A stretch of DNA of 64,000 nt, taken from assembly GCA_022605425.2 (NCBI GenBank), contig CM061246.1, positions 806,001-870,000 on the forward strand, in the 5' to 3' direction. Positions 35,998 to 47,174 of this stretch are shown in pieces. This DNA is from Hamiltosporidium tvaerminnensis FI-OER-3-3. Its lineage: Eukaryota > Fungi > Microsporidia. Every line of letters begins with the position of its first letter. Positions within the stretch are counted from its first letter, which is position 1. The position numbers and the translations under genes are program-made. The notes under the pieces were generated by a model. That model made no database searches. It saw only the letters and a program-made list of their open reading frames with translations, and was not told the DNA's origin.

Positions 35998-37752
35998 TTA
36001 TTCTTGTGTAAGTATCTTTTGCATATAAAAATTATAATATTCGCCTTTTCGTTCTAAAAGTTCAGAATGAGAACCAACTTCAATACCAAAGTTAGGCGAA
36101 AGAAATACAACCTTATCAAAACTCTTTAATAATCCAATATTATGAATAATCATTATAAGTGTTTTATCGCTATATTGACTCAACAAAACATTTAATATAT
36201 CCGTTTCTGATTCTTTGTCCAAACTGGCAGTTGGTTCATCAAGAATAAGAATATCTGGATTTTTAAGGACAGCTCGTACCAATGCAACTTTTTGTTTTTC
36301 ACCCCCACTCAATTTTTCTCCTCGCTCACCAGCAACTGCCAAATAACTATTATCAATTTTCATTATAGAATCATAAATATGAAAATCATCGCTAACTTCT
36401 ACTATTCTATCATTTTTAGCTTCAAAATCTCCATATTGCATATTATATTTTATAGACTCGTTTAAAATATTCCCATCTTGAGGAACATAACCAATTATCT
36501 TTCTTAAAGAATTTATATTAATGGAATTGAAATCTATATTGTCTATAAATATTTTACCTTGGAATTCATGAAATCCCAAAAGTATTTTTATCAATGTGGA
36601 TTTTCCAGACCCATTTTTACCTGCAATAGCAACTTTTTCACCTTTGAAAATCGTAAAAGAAATATTATTTAAAATCATTCTTGAACCTCTAAAGAAATTT
36701 ATTTCTTTAAATTTTATTTCATTTTCGAATTTTCCCAAATCGTATTTTAAAGCTTTTTGTGAAGAAATTTCAAAAAAATTTTCATGTGTCATTTTCGCAT
36801 CCGTGATTGCTTGTGTATATCTGTGATAAATATAACCAAGTTTACTCAAATTAGAAGAAAGAGTTTTACTGATAGTAATATAAAGAATAAGACTATCTGA
36901 TGTTATTTTATCCATTAATATTCCATTTATACCGCAGTAAATGACAAGTACATTTATAAAAGAAAATACCATTCTTTGTACAAAGTTTAAAATGTGTAAA
37001 GCCTTCATAAGACGAGTTGAATGTGTCTGTATCGGTTTCAAAGAATCATCGTATTTTTGAAGTTCTAATTCTTGATTATTATAAGCCAAAATAATATCAA
37101 AATTAATGAGTCTATCGTAAAGTAAATTAGAAGAATCATTTACAGAAATATTAAGAAGTTTCCTAATTTTATTTCTATATTTTGTTATTCTGATTGTTAT
37201 TAAAGCGTATAAAACAAGAGCTACAAATAACATGATTGCTGGAAATTTTCCAAGTGAAAAAAATATTTTAAATCCAGAAAATACAATTATAGACACAACA
37301 GGAAATATATGAAGAACTATAACATCTAAAATATCTGCAACTGCTTTACTTTTTCTTTCAATACTACTATGTATTTCACCCGAACCCAAAGCATGAAAAT
37401 TTGTATGAGAAAGCGACATATATTTTTTAAAAGTACTTTTTGCTGCCAATCTAAACGATTTCTGTATAGGACCAGCAAATATATATCCTTGAAGTAAAGA
37501 AAACATATTAAGAAAACACATTGTAATCATAAATCTTAACAACAAAAAATTAAAACTTGTTTCTTCAAGATTTCCAGCCATTTTTTTAGAAAAATCTTGT
37601 AATGATTCTCCAAGATGAACTTCTAAAAATTTGGATATCAAAACACATGCAAATGTTGGTATAATCATTAACTTTATTGTAGGAATAGCTAAAACATATT
37701 TTTGAAAAACTTCTTTGATAACTTGCCAATCACTTTTTTCTTCCTTTTGCAT
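35998..37752 (-). CDS. ATM1: ATM1/ABCB7-like ABC half-transporter
   Basis: TMD followed by NBD; Walker A GKNGSGKST, Q-loop YVPQD, signature LSGGEKQ, Walker B ILILDEPTASLD. FHALGSGEI...IERK and YNNQELELQKYD are ATM1-like. May be one of several paralogues. Confidence 0.85.
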   Translation of the reverse strand: MQKEEKSDWQVIKEVFQKYVLAIPTIKLMIIPTFACVLISKFLEVHLGESLQDFSKKMAGNLEETSFNFLLLRFMITMCFLNMFSLLQGYIFAGPIQKSFRLAAKSTFKKYMSLSHTNFHALGSGEIHSSIERKSKAVADILDVIVLHIFPVVSIIVFSGFKIFFSLGKFPAIMLFVALVLYALITIRITKYRNKIRKLLNISVNDSSNLLYDRLINFDIILAYNNQELELQKYDDSLKPIQTHSTRLMKALHILNFVQRMVFSFINVLVIYCGINGILMDKITSDSLILYITISKTLSSNLSKLGYIYHRYTQAITDAKMTHENFFEISSQKALKYDLGKFENEIKFKEINFFRGSRMILNNISFTIFKGEKVAIAGKNGSGKSTLIKILLGFHEFQGKIFIDNIDFNSININSLRKIIGYVPQDGNILNESIKYNMQYGDFEAKNDRIVEVSDDFHIYDSIMKIDNSYLAVAGERGEKLSGGEKQKVALVRAVLKNPDILILDEPTASLDKESETDILNVLLSQYSDKTLIMIIHNIGLLKSFDKVVFLSPNFGIEVGSHSELLERKGEYYNFYMQKILTQE

Positions 37753-37875
37753 TAAATTATTTTTTTAAAAAAATTGGGTGGATTTTTTATAAATATTTTT
37801 TTTTGGACAAAAAAAGAAAAAAAAAACAAATTGTTTATTTCTCTTATAAATTTATCATTAATCTTTTAATCTATT

Positions 37876-38073
37876 ATATTGTTATTTTTATATATATTCT
37901 GAAATCAATATTTTGAAATCAATATGTGAATTATTATTAGATATTATTATTAGATATTATTCTTAGATATTATTTGTAAGTATATTGTTATTTTTATATA
38001 TATTTTGAAATCAATATGTGAATTATTATTAGATATTATTATTAAATATTATTATTAGAATCATTTGTAAATA
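37876..38073. repeat. Imperfect tandem duplication (~100-bp unit) containing TATTATTAGA microrepeats
   Basis: TATATTGTTATTTTTATATATATT..GAAATCAATATGTGAATTATTATTAGATATT occurs twice. Confidence 0.85.
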
Positions 38074-38860
38074 TATTTACTTATTATATATATTTCAGTG
38101 TCAAAATGTCAAATATCTCTTATTCTCATTTATTGTTCGATCAATAAAAATATATTTTTTAAAAATTTAAATTTTATTGAGAAGAATACCCTGTTCTAAA
38201 TTTTTCAATGAAGAATAATTTGGGACAGTATTGTAACTAAATATCATAAGATTTATCTTAAAAACTTCCAAGTACCAGTAAGAATAGAGGCATATATTCA
38301 ATCCATAGTATTAAAAAACAAAAATATTTTTATTTTGTGCGGAATGGCTATTTATATTTTTGATCGAACGAAGACAAGATTTGGAAATAAGCATATAAAA
38401 TTTCACTTTGCGAGCCTAGATTCACTACTAGACCCTAATACTTTATTAGATACATCTAAGTTAAAATACTGTTAGCAGACAAAAAAAATACAAATCTTAT
38501 TTCAAAGAAAATATCAAATTGCTAGTTTTTAACATAATAGAAATTCAAGTTAAAAAATGAAGTTCGAGTCACATATTGTTATTTAGAATACATATATCCA
38601 ATAAAACATCTAGTATTGTATTTAAATAAGTATAACAAAGTCTATAAAATATTTTGAAACAATAATTAAGTCGTAATTTGTATTTACTTTTATCACTTCA
38701 TTTACTCTTAAAATGATTATTTAGATAGAAATTAAAACAAGATCATCTGATTCTTAACCAATGTGTATTTATAGAACATCTTTCTATTAAAACGATAATT
38801 ATAATTTAGTAGAAAGTTTATTACGATACTTAAACACGGTAAGCAATAATTTAAAAAACA

Positions 38861-39015
38861 ATGAAAACTTTTATATGTTTTGATATAAAAAATATTTTAA
38901 GAATATATTTGAACCAAATTTAAGTTAATTTATTTTAAAAAAGATGAAAACTTTTATATATTTTGATATAAAAAGTGATTGTAATAAGATATTTGAACTA
39001 TGTTTAAGTTAATTT
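38861..39015. repeat. Imperfect tandem duplication, ~83-bp unit
   Basis: ATGAAAACTTTTATAT.TTTTGATATAAAAA...ATATTTGAAC...TTTAAGTTAATTTATT occurs twice. Confidence 0.8.
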
Positions 39016-42000
39016 ATTCATAATTACTGTTTAGTTTAAATTTTGAAATAAATTCTTAAATAACTTGTATGTTATTGAAATCAAAGGATGTAAGATCTGA
39101 TTACAAAGATAAAAAAATATGTTTTTTTAATGTAATATAGCTCACAGAGATTTACTAGATTATTGGTTGATAATATTGTGTTCTCCATTTTTAATCCCAT
39201 ATTTCTCATCGTTTGTGTAATACATGTATGAAGATAATTTGTTAAATATTCAGAGTTATTACTTAAATATTATAAGATAACTTTTCAGTACAACATAGGT
39301 TGAGAAGCTGTTTTGGGTAATTCTAATAATTTATTTTCAACTATTATTTTTAATACTTCTGTATATACAGTTGTTTGATTTTTTTATAGATAAATCATAA
39401 AAAAGAGTGTTTTTTCAAAAAAAACGAGTAAGACTGTTTATGAAATTACAATTCTTGGTTTATCTCCTGATTAAACTAATACTGCCTTAAAATGGTATTT
39501 ATAGTTGTATAGAACAACTTCAAATGTCTTTAAAGAAGTTAACCATATGTTTGAGAGATGTAAGGAATAATTATAAGCTCAAAGTATACAATATATATTA
39601 TGTAAACGTAATTTCATCGTAAAATTCTGATTTCTATACTAATATTTCTCTTGGTTGATAAAAAAACGATATAAAATTTTTTTGATGCTTTAGGCATTAC
39701 TTAGACGAAGTAAAATTGTTTTAAACTACTATCGATTAACTTAATGAGAAATTAATGTGAATGGTATTTGAAATATAAACATTAATTTTTACAATAAAAA
39801 AACCCCAAGAGTTCTAATGAATCAAATTAAGAATAAAAATTAAAATAAATACAATTAAAGAACATATCTGAAAAAGGTTTTCTGTATATTGCAATAAAGC
39901 CAAACAATATTACAAAAATAAGCTACAAAGTAATACATTTTATTATTATACAATTAATATCGAAAGACATGTAATAATGTACTAAAGAATTTATGGATAA
40001 AAAGGGGATAGACATATATATTTATGACACAACAGAAATAATAATATTTTAATAAATTTCTCACTTCTATATATTACTGACAATCGATAGTTTATACTTC
40101 ACTTGTTAGGGGACTTTTTAAGATATCTGAAAATAGGTATATTGGATCACGTGAAGAAACAGTATTCTGTTATATCCAGGATAGAAATTTATCACAGAAA
40201 TAGAACCTTCGTCTCAGCACCATAATAAACCAGGTAATATGTTAGTGCATTTAGCAAGTTTAAGTGAGAAAATGCTGACTCAGAACTAAATCAGACAAAA
40301 TCGTGAATTAGTAACACCTCTACGTTTTTCTCGTAAAAGATTTAAGTTTAATGCATCAAAATGAATAAAGAGCCACCCAGTTCAAAAAATTCTTGGTAAC
40401 AAGTATTCGGTTCATATAACAGACATCAGAATAAAAACTGATGTCAAAACTTGCAAAAAATACTTACTTACTTATTCCATTCCTCTTTTGCCTCTCGGTT
40501 TCGAAGATGAACAAATGGGAGTTTTTTAATTGTTTCTTCTAATCTTAGACTCGGAATTATAGGGAGTAGGCCTATAGATTCCGTGGGTTTATATTCCACC
40601 AAAATGTCTACAATGATTTTCACATCAATTCTATACACTTATTGCCAAGCAGGTAGTTTTTAATGTGGTTATCCTCCTTCCAGCTTTGGGAAAACTGATA
40701 AGATATATTGATTTTAAACGCAGCAGAATAAGATAACCTTCATCGAAGTAGAATTTACGTCCTAAGACACAATTCTATTTGTAAAAACTCAAAAAGTCAG
40801 GAATATATTCTATTAATCAATGAATCAGTCTTATTTTTAGATGTTTTGTTGAGATAATTCCTTGTGTGAGATAGTCTTGGACAGTATTGTGACAAAATAT
40901 AATAAGAAGCACCTTAAAAGATCAACAATAACCATGAATATAGAGGCATATATTCTGTTGATGACGCGCAAGAAAACATATCAAACAATTTCTTTTGAAA
41001 GAAAAAGAGGACTCAATTATGAACCGAATTCCAATAAGAGTTGAGAAGGAGAGTCATTAACAGGTATTAAAGACGCCGAAAGACATTAAAATTTACCATT
41101 AAAAACCAAGAGTGAAAGGAAGGTAGAGAATAGTGAGGATAAGTAAAGACGAAAAATAGTTATCTTATAAATTAAATGGCACAAGAAAAGCTGAGGAACT
41201 GACAATAAAGGCAAGTGGAGTTTAGAATTTAGGTAGTATAATGAAGGAAGTATAATGATGGAAGTAAGTATTTAAATAACGAAATTGTTATCAAGCCAGA
41301 TTGTAATTCAATATTCAGTTTTAAACATATTTTAGAATATTTAAAAGGTCTTATCATTTTTTAGAGTAATGTTATATATAATAAGGAAAATGTTTTTATA
41401 GTTCAAATATTTCTTCTAATTATATTATTGAAGGTTATACAAATGTTTTGATAGCTTCCACCGTCTAATTTATTTTACTGCAATTAAATAATATTTATCA
41501 GAAAAATATAAACATGATTAAGGTCATATTCATATACAAGATAATTAAAACTAAGGAATATCATACTTAATATTTTAAGCAAATAATCCCTGTCAAAAAC
41601 CAAGCATATAAATTTGAATAACTACTATGTTTTTTTCTAATGTTTAACATCGTAATCTTATGAATAATTTTAACTCGTAAAAATATAGATTCATGTTTGT
41701 AAATTGTCAAAACCAATTCTGCCTTCAATCATTTTTGGCGACATTAATGATAGGAATTCCAAGTAAAATAAAAATTAGAGTATAGATACGTATATTGAAT
41801 AAATAATGTTTTACGAGCAGTTAAACAGCTCATAATAAAATATACCAAATATGTTGCGTAGCTCATTCAACACTAAATTAGAGTAGAAAACACCTATAAG
41901 GTAATAGTATATAAGATTATAAATACATTAGCAATATTTAAATAATATACCAATGATTAGCGAAAAATCATAAGATAATTATCATTAAAATTCAAAAATA

Positions 42001-42234
42001 TTCTTTTTTTAGTTACGTAAAAATAATCATAATTATTAGGGATAATATATGGCAGAGGAAATATCTTATTGCACGTAGATATAGCAAAATAAGGTAAATT
42101 ATAAATACATAACAAAATTATAGAAGAATTTAATTTTATACTTCTATAAAATATAAAAGATACATAGTCAAGATTATTTTAATCAATCAAATAAAAAAAT
42201 AAATCGGGAAAGATGTAAGAATATAAACCAGATT

Positions 42235-44010
42235 TCATGGATAAAGATTCATATGCTTAAGTTCTTCCTGTAATATTTTATATCTATAATATATTCTCAT
42301 ATCAGGAACATTCGTTTTACTAAAATCATTTGATTCCACTTCTTTGAGATAATATTTATCACCGATCCAATCTTTTTTTAACTCATGTTCATAATTTGAT
42401 TGTAAAACACTATTTCTTGACAGTTCACATTGATCGGTGCTACTCATTTTCCATATTTGACAAGCCACACTATATTCTTCCATGAGCGGTTCCTTAGTAA
42501 AATGAAATTGTAATGGATCATCGGTTGAAAGGGATACCAAAAGTCCCTTTTTAAAAAAGTCCGGAAATGGATTATTTTCAATTGAGATAAAAAGAGAATT
42601 ATTTGAAAGAGGAGACATTGCTAGACCAATTTGTGCTAGATAATATAAATATTGCAAAATTAATGACTTTCGTAATTGAACACCATGTGAAATACTTTGT
42701 GCTGTAAAGAATGTATAAACTAGGTGCTCAACTTCTCCGCATTCACCAGAATGTGGTCTAAAACTAAAAATGTTTTTATTTTTCGAAAGTCTAAAATGAT
42801 TCAAAGATGAAATATTTGCATATAAAAAATATATGTAATATGAATACGGCGGATTTTCTTTGTGACACCAAAGATCAGGCAAAGGAAATTTTCTATGATA
42901 TCTTCGTTCTTTTAAGCTTTCATCATCAACAGAATCGAATCCTACCACTTTTTCTAAAAATTTAGCCAATTTTGGATTTCTTTCTGGAAACTGTGTAATC
43001 TCAAAAACCGGTTCAAATATATTTTGAAGCATGTCTCCAAATGAATTGACCAAATTTGATCCTTTAAAAATCATGAACAACCTTGGAATCTGTATAATCC
43101 ATCTAACGTGTTCATTGTCTAAATTATTATCTATAATCCATGATGCTAATATATCCCATTCCAATTTAGATTTTCCATATATGGAAAGCCTATATTCCAT
43201 ATAATGATATTTACTATCATCTAATAAATTGAAAACTTCTTTAGTTAATTCAGATAAATACTTTCCACGAATATAATTATCATATTTTAAAAATATTTCT
43301 CTTAGAATTGGTTGACCATATGGATTATATTTAAAATTAAACCTATCAAATCTATGAAATGTTTCGGTATGTGCATGAGTATCTAAAGTATCGATACAAA
43401 GATTTTCTAAGGAAATATTTAATTCTTTGAATATTTCAGAAAGTGTGTAAATTTTATCATCTTTTTGATAGACATCATCACATGGAGAAGTCAAAAGTTT
43501 GTTTTTAATAAATTTAAGTAAATGTTTAGAATTCATAGACGCACTGTGATGAACATGAGTGTCTACTTTAATTACTTTATAGAAATCACGTTTAGAAGAA
43601 AGCTTTTGCTCTTTTTTTTCTTTTTCGGCCGCCAAATTTTGATACATTACGAAGCTATGTTTAAGATTTTCCAATCTTCTAAAACAAAGTGATTTAGCAG
43701 GACGGTAATACATCAAATTTATTAAGAAATCGCAATCGGTATAAAATTTTTCTATGGTTGGTGAAAAAATCACTTCTTCATCATCTTTGAGCAAAGCAAA
43801 TAGACCATCTTTTGTGTAAACAAACCCTTCGTATTTGTTATTTACATATTGTCCAATATTTATATTTCCATATTCATCATATCCATACGATTGTAGTCCC
43901 ATTTCTTGATAGAACTTTCTTGTTTTCATGCAGTGTGCCAATTTAGAATATATGATGTGATTATCCTCATTTGATTCAAAATTTCTCCATGAAAATATTT
44001 GTTCCATCAT
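42235..44010 (-). CDS. AMD1: AMP deaminase
   Basis: KVDTHVHHSASMN (metal-binding HxH), FHRFDRFNFKYNPYG, GFDSVDDES, FRPHSGECG, SLSTDDPLQFHFTKEPLMEEYS. Confidence 0.96.
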   Translation of the reverse strand: MMEQIFSWRNFESNEDNHIIYSKLAHCMKTRKFYQEMGLQSYGYDEYGNINIGQYVNNKYEGFVYTKDGLFALLKDDEEVIFSPTIEKFYTDCDFLINLMYYRPAKSLCFRRLENLKHSFVMYQNLAAEKEKKEQKLSSKRDFYKVIKVDTHVHHSASMNSKHLLKFIKNKLLTSPCDDVYQKDDKIYTLSEIFKELNISLENLCIDTLDTHAHTETFHRFDRFNFKYNPYGQPILREIFLKYDNYIRGKYLSELTKEVFNLLDDSKYHYMEYRLSIYGKSKLEWDILASWIIDNNLDNEHVRWIIQIPRLFMIFKGSNLVNSFGDMLQNIFEPVFEITQFPERNPKLAKFLEKVVGFDSVDDESLKERRYHRKFPLPDLWCHKENPPYSYYIYFLYANISSLNHFRLSKNKNIFSFRPHSGECGEVEHLVYTFFTAQSISHGVQLRKSLILQYLYYLAQIGLAMSPLSNNSLFISIENNPFPDFFKKGLLVSLSTDDPLQFHFTKEPLMEEYSVACQIWKMSSTDQCELSRNSVLQSNYEHELKKDWIGDKYYLKEVESNDFSKTNVPDMRIYYRYKILQEELKHMNLYP

Positions 44011-44656
44011 TTTATGGGATAACGGAAATATTTATTTTAAATGTTTCATTTCCGTTATCTTATTTTATTACAAAACATATTCCTATAAATTTATTGTTCA
44101 ATTTTAAAACAGAATTTTTAGATTCCAAACCGAATTCTTTTTGTTTTTTTTAAATTAAAATAATTTGTTTTCAAAAAAAACTTCTTCGAATTAAAAATCA
44201 TTATAAATACTATTTTACTATTTATTCCCAATACCAAGTAAATTTTCTTTTTATTTAAAATCCATCATAAATTTATAACAAGAAATTTTATTTTTAAACA
44301 TAGTTGTGGTAATTACCTTTCTTGAATTAATACATTTGAATTTCTACTTGTATTTATTTATTAATCACAAATTTTTTTTCGTAAAAACCATTATAAAGAC
44401 TAAATATAAAATTTCTAGGTATAAATAGAAAGAAATTATAAAAAAACATAACAGAAATTAAAAAAATTTGAATGTAAATTTATTGAAATTAAATTTCTTG
44501 ATTAAATTTTAATTATTTTCTAATATATTCTACACTTGTAATGAGTTATAATCTCTTTGTAAGAAATTGTGTTTTTTGAGTTAATTTTAATTGTTTTTCT
44601 GATTATTCAACGTTTTCAATAATTTAGAATCATTCTGACAAAAATCATGTTTCTTC

Positions 44657-44812
44657 TATTTACTTTAACTACTCTTCTAATGATTCAAAACTTTTTTCAA
44701 AAATTTGAGATTTAAGTTGAGAAAAATCTTTTTTCCTTATTTACTTTAACTACTCTTCTAATGATTCAACACTTCTTTAAAAAATTTGAGATTTAAGTTG
44801 AGAAAAATCTTT
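44657..44812. repeat. Tandem duplication, ~81-bp unit x2
   Basis: TATTTACTTTAACTACTCTTCTAATGATTCAA...AATTTGAGATTTAAGTTGAGAAAAATCTTT occurs twice. Confidence 0.9.
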
Positions 44813-46049
44813 AATTTAGCAAAAATCACTAAATTTGTAAAAACTGGCAATTTTTTTAATTAGATAAGCCATTTATAGATTTAAAAGTTTTTAATCGTTA
44901 AGTAATTTACATAATTACCTGCAGAAATACCAAATTACTTATAAAACAGCAAATTAGAAATTTATTAGTTAACATAATTTGTTTCCATATTAGATATTTC
45001 ATTTAAAATACTATTACAGTTGTATATTTTTTTATCGTTATTAGTGTTTGTAAAGCATTACAGCCTCTCATGATACTTACCAAAGATCTTTTTCATGAAT
45101 AATTCATTAGATAACTTGCAGCAAACCAGGTATGAAAGTGTCTGACTATTTTCAAAATCGGTACGACTAATTTCTTTATTAAAAAAAACGAAGATTTTAT
45201 AGAAGTATTGTATATAAATACAGAACTTAAAATCATTAAAATAATTTTTGAACACAACAGGTTTAGTTTCTGAAATAATATTTGATATTGATTACTTTGG
45301 AAAATAATGATTTAAATGTTTGTAATTTGTTATGATTAGAAAAATAATGAATTTTTGTATCGTTAATCGATACATGAATAGTGATGGAATTATTTCAGCA
45401 ATTATATGTTTTAAGATTTGTGTTATCTGTTTAATTAATCTAATTTCATATCATTTAAAAAAATTCTAAAAAAGTTTTACAACCCAAACTTATTTTGAAA
45501 CAACCTAGTTATTGAAACAATGATTATTTTGTTTTAGAAACAAAGTTTAAAATCATCTCCATGTTTATCTTATATTTAATATTTCCCCAATATAATACAA
45601 ATATCTATCAAATTACTTATGCCTCATATTAATTTAATCAAACTTTACAATATATATTATCTGAATTAACAAGGACTTAATTATCGACTATAAAAATAAA
45701 CTAAAAATATTTTCAAAACATTCAGTGATGCAATCAACTTTTAATTCATTGATAGTATATTAAAGCACCAATAAACTAAGACAAAGCAATTCTAAGTTAA
45801 ACTTATACAGATAAATATACACGTAACTTAAAATTTACTTTTAATCACTAAATAAATACGTCATATTCTTAAAAATACTCCTTTTAAAGTATATTTTTTA
45901 ACTTAAACACATTCTAATTGATATATCTAAGCTGTGACAAATTGTAATATAGCTGATTTATAAGAATTTCTACTAATTGGTTCTTTTTCTCCCAAACAAC
46001 TGGAAACCAACATATTTTTATACAAAAAAAAGTTTCGATAAAGTTTTCT

Positions 46050-46793
46050 ATGTACCAAGAAGAGCCATTTGGCTGCACACATTATAAAAGAAATTGTTTA
46101 ATCGTTGCAGACTGCTGCAAAAGAACTTACCCATGTAGATTCTGTCACGATGATAATGAAGACCATTCTATAAATCGGTACAAAATCAGAGAAATGCTTT
46201 GTTTATACTGTGGTTTGATACAAGAGGTGAGTAATCAGTGCTGCAAATGCAACAAAAAAATGGCCGAATATTTTTGTGCGCAGTGCAAGTTTTGGTCAAA
46301 TTCTACCGAAGAAATATTTCACTGCGCCAAATGCAAAATGTGCCGTATCGGACCACAGAACCGAACATTTCATTGCACTGACTGCAATGCATGTATGAAC
46401 AAAGACCTACACAACAACCACATACACATAGAAAACACTCTTAAAAGTAATTGTCCAATCTGTGCAGAATATATGTTCACCAGTATAAAGAATCTCACTC
46501 TTCTTAACTGTGGACACTCTATACACACAGAATGCTTAGAATATTACATCAAAGGTAGCCATCAGTGCCCAATATGCCTTAAATCTATAGGAGATATGAA
46601 CCTATACAATCAAAAAATAGACTTTATCTTATCAAACAATCTAAAACTTTACAAAGACACAGACATTTGGATGTGTGAGATATCCTGTTTCGATTGCAAA
46701 GAAACATCAAAAAGCTTTTATAGATTTCTTTTCAACAAATGTCAAATTTGCAAGTCTTACAACACACGAACAGGTGATGTTTATAAAGAATAA
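46050..46793 (+). CDS. RCHY1: CHY/CTCHY zinc finger + RING-H2 E3 ubiquitin ligase (Pirh2-like)
   Basis: GCTHYKRNC..ADCC...YPCRFCHD (CHY), FHCAKCKMCRIG, NCPICAEYMF..CGHSIH..C...CPIC (RING-H2), C-terminal C..C...KC..CKSYNT. Confidence 0.92.
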   Translation: MYQEEPFGCTHYKRNCLIVADCCKRTYPCRFCHDDNEDHSINRYKIREMLCLYCGLIQEVSNQCCKCNKKMAEYFCAQCKFWSNSTEEIFHCAKCKMCRIGPQNRTFHCTDCNACMNKDLHNNHIHIENTLKSNCPICAEYMFTSIKNLTLLNCGHSIHTECLEYYIKGSHQCPICLKSIGDMNLYNQKIDFILSNNLKLYKDTDIWMCEISCFDCKETSKSFYRFLFNKCQICKSYNTRTGDVYKE

Positions 46794-47042
46794 TAAACTC
46801 AGACATTTTTTGCTATTTTTAAGTATTCCTCAATCTTTCTTAATACCTTCTAATCATTATCTTAGTACATCATTCTATTCTTTTAAAATATTATTCTCTT
46901 GGTATATTATTCTCTTAGTAGATCATTATCATACCACATCATTCTATTCTCTTAGTATATTATCTTCTTAAAATATTATTCTCTTAACATATTATTATTT
47001 TTAAAATACCTAACCTTAAATTAGTCGATAAAATCCCCTATT

Positions 47043-47088
47043 CTAACCCTAGATATAACCCTAGATATAACCCTAGATATAACCCTAA
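47043..47088. repeat. 12-bp tandem repeat (AACCCTAGATAT)x3.5 upstream of PRP8
   Basis: Seen directly; contains the telomere-like TAACCCTA core. Confidence 0.85.
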
Positions 47089-47174
47089 TAATTCCATATA
47101 TTTAACACCCCCTTTAAAATACTACAATTTACAAAAAAAATACATTTAATTTAAACCCCTCCAAGAAAAAATCA

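Noticed and set aside
39200-41300. Coding-like composition suggesting a decayed gene or element
   Set aside because: No ORF over ~60 aa and no recognisable family motif.
9754-46971. Small ORFs overlapping real genes (e.g. 9754, 9954, 11757, 14593, 16834, 20738, 36596, 43971, 46675)
   Set aside because: Antisense or off-frame shadows of well-supported CDSs.
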